Part shown: piece after piece, positions 60,701-64,000 of the stretch
Layout: the number at the start of each line of letters is the position of its first letter
Position numbering within the stretch: position 1 is the first letter of the stretch
NCBI GenBank assembly: GCA_030141605.1
Contig: JAQGDQ010000464.1
Span: 62,001-126,000, forward strand
Direction of reading: 5' to 3'
Length of the DNA stretch: 64,000 nt
Source: Tubiluchus corallicola
Lineage: Eukaryota; Animalia; Priapulida
Notes under the pieces: generated by a model
The model's database searches: none
What the model was told of the DNA's origin: nothing
The model's input: only the letters and a program-made list of their open reading frames with translations
Translations under genes and position numbers: made by a program

Positions 60701-61386
60701 CCATCTAAATATTTAAATATAACTTCAGCGTGTTCTTGCAAAGTCCGCAGCAACCAACATTTGTGCGTTTGCTAAGTATTTTGTAGAAACGCGACAGAAA
60801 ACAATGGCAAACTTTAACAGCGAGTTTCTCAAGATTATGTTTTTCAGTATGTAACCTGCATATTAACTTCAACACGGATTATCTCAGCTTAGAAATAACA
60901 CAGAATGACGAACTTGGTACCAAAATGATCCTAGTGAACTGGAGATTCAGGATATCTGAATAACTAGAGAAGCTTAATTGCCGACTTATGGATAATTTTG
61001 TTATGCAAGAACACAAATTAATGCTGTGTGCGTTTGTGCAACATTATCAGTCAACCTTTTATTTATGTAACTCTATATCTATGACATGTCTTAATATATT
61101 CAAATTTTATTTACATGTAGAACAACTCCTTGCAAATACAGGGACACCTTCTTGTATATGTTTGTTTTTTTAAGTAAAGAACAATAATGATGATGATAAT
61201 AATAATAATAGTTGTTTACTAATTTTACAGAAAACTCAAAAGGAGATTCTAAGTGAGTACAAGGCAAATAAAAATGACTGGTATTTAGAACGCAAGAAAC
61301 GCTGGCAGTACTTGCATCACAAGCTAGCTTACATCAAACAACTGGTTATAGAATATGACCGTAACCAAATGGCTGTGGATTTATAG
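19249..61386 (+). CDS. ELL: RNA polymerase II elongation factor ELL, about 516 aa; join(19249..19380,30798..30842,44143..44267,44738..44854,47550..47807,48831..48901,52876..53032,55281..55362,56490..56597,57551..57678,58140..58311,61231..61386)
   Basis: Twelve GT-AG exons total 1551 nt (517 codons) with consistent phases. MAALKE...VKLTDSAL, ATDDVY...MALAEEE, RPYKERVLHLLAVRSYKKPELLARL..DGI, DWPFY, KKKRIS, and a C-terminal occludin/ELL domain (EQRAQYKADFNAEYDEYR...YLHHKLAYIKQLVIEYD) all match ELL family motifs. Confidence 0.95.
19591..20116 (+). mobile_element. Kolobok-like MITE (TTAA target, AGG...CCT ends), copy 1
   Basis: TTAA|AGGAAAGAACAAG...ACTTGTGTCTTTTCCT|TTCA; colinear with 32424-32999. 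Confidence 0.8.
20352..22700 (+). mobile_element. Tigger/pogo-like element left end, interrupted by the Kolobok-like insertion
   Basis: Removing the insert restores TA|CAGTAAGTCCTCGCTTAACGAC..., a typical pogo/Tigger TIR; no matching right end found. Confidence 0.55.
20370..22513 (-). mobile_element. 2.1-kb Kolobok-like element with TTAA TSD and a decayed THAP-like domain
   Basis: TTAA|AGGGGGAATATCA...TGATGTTCCCCCT|TTAA (12/13 TIR match); minus strand 21750-21990 gives frameshifted FPMSNRKLLK**KHNLK / GFTPT / LCDNFSAVCFE / SDAVF. Confidence 0.8.
24857..25232 (+). mobile_element. About 380-bp MITE with AGCCTTTTCACAGTT TIRs, copy 1
   Basis: TA|AGCCTTTTCACAGTT...AACTGTTTTAAAGGCT|TA; colinear with 48051-48443 and inverted at 59381-59753. 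Confidence 0.85.
25813..26450 (-). mobile_element. CR1-group LINE 3' fragment
   Basis: ORF2 C-terminus TRLRGHNLDLTKPQVRLNVRLYSLAYRVINVWNSLP...FKTRL followed by an AATAAA(TAA)n tail; internal ~105-bp tandem duplication at 26230-26400. Confidence 0.85.
27203..27393 (+). repeat. Interspersed repeat of unknown class, copy 1
   Basis: About 190 bp directly repeated at 34466-34654 (tgaatagaacagtac...gttatgtctgt...cagtagcagaaaagtcat...ataagacctattttg...gcggtcctga). Confidence 0.8.
27705..28205 (-). mobile_element. Interspersed repeat, copy 2 (inverted relative to 15307-15830)
   Basis: Reverse-complement alignment, e.g. cattgcacaaaaaacaggtg, gttagtttgtgac, tttttgctgttgaaaa. Confidence 0.75.
30196..30436 (+). 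mobile_element. Degenerate Helentron-associated (HINE/DINE-like) short element
   Basis: ttttacctatgcc...gtaggt start, tttgtgtgtttg tract, aaggtcaa motif, 3' gcacctcttttgaatgctctgtagtt stem; architecture recognised from memory. Confidence 0.45.
30798..30842 (+). CDS. ELL: ELL exon 2 (45 nt)
   Basis: tttcag|CAT; HLEATPRISFGRSDG (P.I.F....G pattern); GGA|gtaagt. Confidence 0.85.
32305..33714. mobile_element. Long fold-back (palindromic) element hosting a Kolobok-like MITE
   Basis: Left arm (32305-32423 plus 33004-33320) mirrors the right arm (33445-33714); 32-bp tandem duplication at 33317-33382 near the centre. Confidence 0.75.
32424..32999 (+). mobile_element. Kolobok-like MITE, copy 2
   Basis: TTAA|AGGAAAGGCCAAGTC...GACTTGCTCTTTCCT|TTAA with perfect TSD. 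Confidence 0.88.
33775..33838. repeat. (CA)n microsatellite
   Basis: About 30 CA units. Confidence 0.97.
34466..34654 (+). repeat. Interspersed repeat of unknown class, copy 2
   Basis: Direct copy of 27203-27393. Confidence 0.8.
35290..36260 (-). mobile_element. Highly decayed Penelope-like (GIY-YIG) retroelement fragment
   Basis: Minus-strand peptides FHLPY...FQFK and VLYYQYTCNCAGCAMHLMYI resemble the PLE linker and GIY-YIG start; a CTGACGA...GAAA motif follows at about 35300-35340. Confidence 0.4.
36480..37650 (-). mobile_element. Decayed RTE-like LINE (RT and C-terminal fragments)
   Basis: VPQGDCLSSVPFTLYL, IDQQYADDIGW (about 37100-37132), WSSIVKLRRLRWLGHVRL; multiple frameshifts. Confidence 0.85.
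39846..39952. mobile_element. Tiny palindromic element with a telomere-like core
   Basis: aaaaagtcaca...ccctagtctaactcctaaccctag...tgtgacttttt...gtgactttttt. Confidence 0.5.
40736..42100 (-). mobile_element. 5'-truncated CR1/L2-group LINE, near-intact RT C-terminal half
   Basis: GIPQGTLLGPLLFCLYINN...QYADDTTIY, then a 1-bp frameshift at about 41775, then the 267-aa ORF (KTEFM, VKFLGIQVDNNLSW, LWNSLP, AFKTKLK); 3' AATAAA then (TA)n tail. Confidence 0.93.
43620..43753 (+). mobile_element. Helitron 3'-end fragment, same family as 45371-46160
   Basis: cgcaaaattttttgcggggcctttgcta is nearly identical to 46132-46160; preceded by a (TGGTG)n-like tract. Confidence 0.6.
44143..44267 (+). CDS. ELL: ELL exon 3
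   Basis: tttag|TCG; SISIP...RSFQFTLS...LECVQY; AA|gtaagt. Confidence 0.9.
44738..44854 (+). CDS. ELL: ELL exon 4
   Basis: ctcag|T; LTSLG...IHATDDVY...MALAEEESKK; TG|gtaaat. Confidence 0.92.
45371..46160 (+). mobile_element. Non-autonomous Helitron (790 bp)
   Basis: A|TCTATT... 5' end; 3' hairpin CGCAAAA-TC-TTTTGCG followed by CTAG|T; inserted between A and T with no TSD; GC-rich interior against AT-rich flanks. Confidence 0.8.
46497..47157. repeat. 56-bp minisatellite, about 12 copies, ELL intron 4
   Basis: ggcacatagtttaccaagtcgtgccattgttgaatcgagtccagtttacagttttt units, period 56. Confidence 0.97.
47550..47807 (+). CDS. ELL: ELL exon 5
   Basis: tgtag|T; TKVIKPG...VLVRPY; AA|gtaagt. Confidence 0.9.
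47976..48443 (+). mobile_element. AGCCTTTTCACAG MITE, copy 2, with a 75-bp tandem duplication across its left junction
   Basis: Full copy 48051-48443; duplicated flank plus TIR at 47953-48027. Confidence 0.85.
48831..48901 (+). CDS. ELL: ELL exon 6
   Basis: aacag|G; ERVLHLLAVRSYKKPELLARLMK; G|gtatgt. Confidence 0.94.
49652..50973 (-). mobile_element. Tc1-family transposon, decayed
   Basis: TA|CACCCTTGTACA...CAAACCTGA and TCAGGTTTG-ATGCACAAGGATG|TA TIRs; contains transposase fragments. Confidence 0.92.
49765..50759 (-). pseudogene. Tc1-like transposase pseudogene (frameshifted)
   Basis: MDITPRKRTKI...HTH...VSSSTIRRRL...KKQLLT...KKRLEWAK; MFWGSF; LDWPGNSPDLNLIENL, spread over three frames. 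Confidence 0.92.
51763..51797. repeat. (TAT)n microsatellite
   Basis: Trinucleotide run. Confidence 0.9.
52876..53032 (+). CDS. ELL: ELL exon 7
   Basis: gttag|AT; DGIKEKDK...DWPFYTDTDKQLLKR; CG|gtgagt. Confidence 0.94.
55281..55362 (+). CDS. ELL: ELL exon 8
   Basis: cttag|A; S/P-rich linker; GAG|gtaatt; phase-compatible. Confidence 0.82.
55545..55610. repeat. Compound (GT)n microsatellite
   Basis: gtgtga/gtgt/gtgtgc run. Confidence 0.92.
56490..56597 (+). CDS. ELL: ELL exon 9
   Basis: tacag|AAA; KRS...SKKKRISLY; AAT|gtatgc. Confidence 0.85.
57551..57678 (+). CDS. ELL: ELL exon 10
   Basis: aatag|ATA; ends SVPHYKL; CT|gtaagt. Confidence 0.82.
58140..58311 (+). CDS. ELL: ELL exon 11 (occludin/ELL domain)
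   Basis: tgcag|C; QYTPITTPEQRAQYKADFNAEYDEYR...GSPEYI; |gtaagt. Confidence 0.95.
58546..59804. mobile_element. Tigger/pogo-like non-autonomous element with a nested MITE
   Basis: TA|CAGTAGGTGCCACTTAACAGACTCAC ... GTGAGTCTAATAAACGGCATCTACTG|TA. Confidence 0.8.
59381..59753 (-). mobile_element. AGCCTTTTCACAG MITE, copy 3 (inverted, nested)
   Basis: Reverse complement of 24857-25232; ends aactgtgaaaaggct. Confidence 0.85.
61231..61386 (+). CDS. ELL: ELL last coding exon
   Basis: tacag|AAA; YLHHKLAYIKQLVIEYDRNQMAVDL-TAG; AATAAA at about 61490. Confidence 0.95.
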   Translation, partial: KTQKEILSEYKANKNDWYLERKKRWQYLHHKLAYIKQLVIEYDRNQMAVDL

Positions 61387-62449
61387 CACTAGGAGAAACG
61401 CGGCATCCCGAACAAACGCCATGAAACCGTCCCAGCTGTTGAGAAGCCATGTTGAAACAAGGTTGAAGAGAGAGTTGTTTTTAGTGTAAAATAAAGAAAA
61501 ATAGCCTTTTCTTAAGGCTTACCGTACATGTCTTGCCTGGCTTTCAAAATATTATTGTGTGCCATTTTAAGTTGAGTCATAATGGTTACACCTGCCTTGA
61601 ATTCTGACTTGTTTTATGGTGCTTGTTCTAATGCTGTGGTAATTAGACCTCGGACATTTACCTTGGCCCACTCATTGGTCTTTCCCGCTGTGTGTTTGCT
61701 CACGCCATGCGTACAGCAAAATGTTGCATTTGAGAAATGAGAAGTATGGGAAACCTACATTGAGTGGTGTAGATAACCGAAGGGAGTGAATTGACCGTAT
61801 TGCCCATTTGCAAATCTATTCTTGTTTTTTGTTTCCATGCAAATCAGTACAGTGATTTGATTTAATATTGAAACATGATTTTCTGATAATTTGTATATAC
61901 TTTGCGTTCTGCTAGATGTTTCCATTCCACATTGCAGAGGCGTATTTTTCAAAATAATTATTTTAAACTTGACCTTCCCTTGTTGGTGCACTTTTTTTGT
62001 TCGTTTTGAGCAACATGTTTTAGAAGCATTACATTTCCAAAAATCTTGAAGATACTATTATGTCTTACCTATTTTTCTGGGATAAGGTGCAACTTCTGTT
62101 GTACCTGCTCAAATTTTCTTGTATGTGAAAAAATATTCATATGGCATTGAATCAGAGGACAATTTAAATGTTTCACTTGCATATTTCTCATTTTTTGAAA
62201 AATCAAACTGATCCCGGCAAACTCGAATCGAGTAATTCGAGTTGGTTTATCACTTCATGATAAACTGTGATGTGTAAGATTTTCCACGGGGTGTGCATTT
62301 CGGACAATACAGTCATTCCACTCTCTTGGTTGAATATATTTCTTTATGCAAACTATTTTATTAGTTACTCTTGGTTGTAGGACGCAATATTTATTGCCAC
62401 ATTGCAGTTGGTTATTATGTAAATTTAGTTTATGCACTTTTCTAATCAA

Positions 62450-62900
62450 AATACTGACACAACCTGGTTGGTAGAATAGTGAGTGTATGCGTAATTGTGA
62501 GTGTTACATGCGTGTCATGCAGATGCGCAATTTATATTCCACTTACTATAAGCTCCAGCAAGGGAGTCCGCTGCAACTTTTCCCGGGGGGGGGGGGCAAA
62601 GGGATATGCTCCTACTATCACAATAATTGCTTGAATTATCGCGTCCCGTACGATGAACAGGCTGCGGAGAAATTGTGCAGTACTTCCAGAACGCTCCTTT
62701 CAAGTGTAAAGAATAAGTGAGCCATGGTGAATATTTGGTTGACCACACGTGACGAAACTGCATCTTTTGCATCCCTTTGCATCTTTTTTCAAATCGTGAT
62801 TTGCTACAGGTGTGTAACACTCCACAAGAAGGCTGTGCTTTATGTCACCTGTTAATTTTTAAGCAGAGAATGGAAATTTCCGACACTCCTTCGGGAATTA
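62450..62900 (-). pseudogene. Decayed hAT-type transposase N-terminal (TTF-type zinc finger) fragment
   Basis: QFRHVWSTKYSPWLTYSLHLKGAFWKYC matches the F...W....PWL.YS....GAFC..C pattern of ZnF_TTF domains (first Cys mutated to W). Confidence 0.55.
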
Positions 62901-63237
62901 ATTATAACGTTGCAGCTTTCAAATCTCTTCGCCCTGAGTTAGAAGGCGTTATCCAGGGGGTGGTAAATGACCTGTTTGCACCGCGCAGCGGACACCCACG
63001 GGCTCCAGGTCTCTCTTGCCAAAACATACGCAATGTTGGATAGGCCAGTGATTTAATTGTTAGGTCAACTATTGATTGTATGTTTCTTTGCTGCAAAATG
63101 TACATCTGTTTATGTATCGGATCAAATCTATCCCTCTTCCAATGCCTGAAATTGTTATGATCTAGTCACTGTAGGTATTGTCATTTTATGGAATTATCTG
63201 ATTTTTACTTGAGTCTTTTCGGACAAGTGATTTCTGT

Positions 63238-64000
63238 GATAGCCACTCAACTCGTTTCACTTATGCTCGCTCTGCTTCCACATTCTTGTGGGATAGCCAC
63301 TCATCTCATTTCATTTATGCTCGCTCTGCTTCCACAGTCTTGTGGGATAGCCACTCAACTCATTTCACTTATGCTTGCTCTGCTTCCACAGTCTTGTGGG
63401 ATAGCCACTCAACTCATTTCATTTATGCTCGCTCTGCTTCCACAGTCTTGTGGGATAGCCACTCAACTCATTTCATTTATGCTCGCTCTGCTTCCACAAT
63501 CTTGTGGGATAGCCACTCAACTCGTTTCACTTATGCTTGCTCTGCTTCCACAGTCTTGTGGGATAGCCACTGAACTCATTTCATTTATGCTCGCTCTGCT
63601 TCCGCAGTCTTGTGGGATAGCCACTGAACTCATTTCATTTATGCTCGCTCTGCTTCCGCAGTCTTGTGGGATAGCCACTCAACTCATTTCATTTATGCTC
63701 GCTCTGCTTCCACAGTCTTGTGGGATAGCCACTCAACTCATTTCATTTATGCTCGCTCTGCTTCCACAGTCTTGTGGGATAGCCACTCAACTCATTTCAT
63801 TTATGCTTGCTCTGCTTCCACAGTCTTGTGGGATAGCCACTGAACTCATTTCATTTATGCTCGCTCTGCTTCCGCAGTCTTGTGGGATAGCCACTCAACT
63901 CGTTTCACTTATGCTTGCTCTGCTTCCGCAGTCTTGTGGGATAGCCACTCAACTCGTTTCACTTATGCTTGCTCTGCTTCTACGTTCTTGTGGGATAGCC
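63238..64000. repeat. 54-bp minisatellite/satellite, at least 14 copies, runs off the window
   Basis: gatagccactcaactcatttcatttatgctcgctctgcttccacagtcttgtgg, period 54, very homogeneous. Confidence 0.98.

Noticed and set aside
63286-63573. 18-aa repeat protein WDSHSTHFIYARSASTVL
   Set aside because: Satellite translation; in-frame TGA in several units and no splice or start context

Overview
AT-rich, intron-rich animal (probably invertebrate) genomic DNA, with no sign of prokaryotic sequence. Three + strand genes can be built by hand from GT-AG exons. (1) The last three coding exons of a carbohydrate sulfotransferase (CHST15/GalNAc4S-6ST-like), 71-1284. (2) A complete, diverged tandem paralog with 9 coding exons, 3606-17127, about 416 aa, a type II membrane protein with PAPS-binding motifs. 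(3) A complete RNA polymerase II elongation factor ELL gene with 12 coding exons, 19249-61386, about 516 aa. Introns and spacers are packed with repeats: TTAA-targeting Kolobok-like elements (one with a decayed THAP-like domain), a decayed Tc1 nested in a hAT-like MITE, Tigger-like and other MITEs, a non-autonomous Helitron, CR1/L2-, RTE- and Penelope-like retroelement fragments, five minisatellites and several microsatellites. I found no clear new multi-gene system. The best leads are an insertion that duplicated a splice donor and carries a hairpin plus a hammerhead-like core, two short near-perfect inverted duplications across TE junctions, nested TEs that preserve their own empty sites, a minisatellite born inside a MITE arm, and non-canonical residues in the sulfotransferase paralogs. 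All alignments and family assignments were made by eye and from memory; no database search was run.
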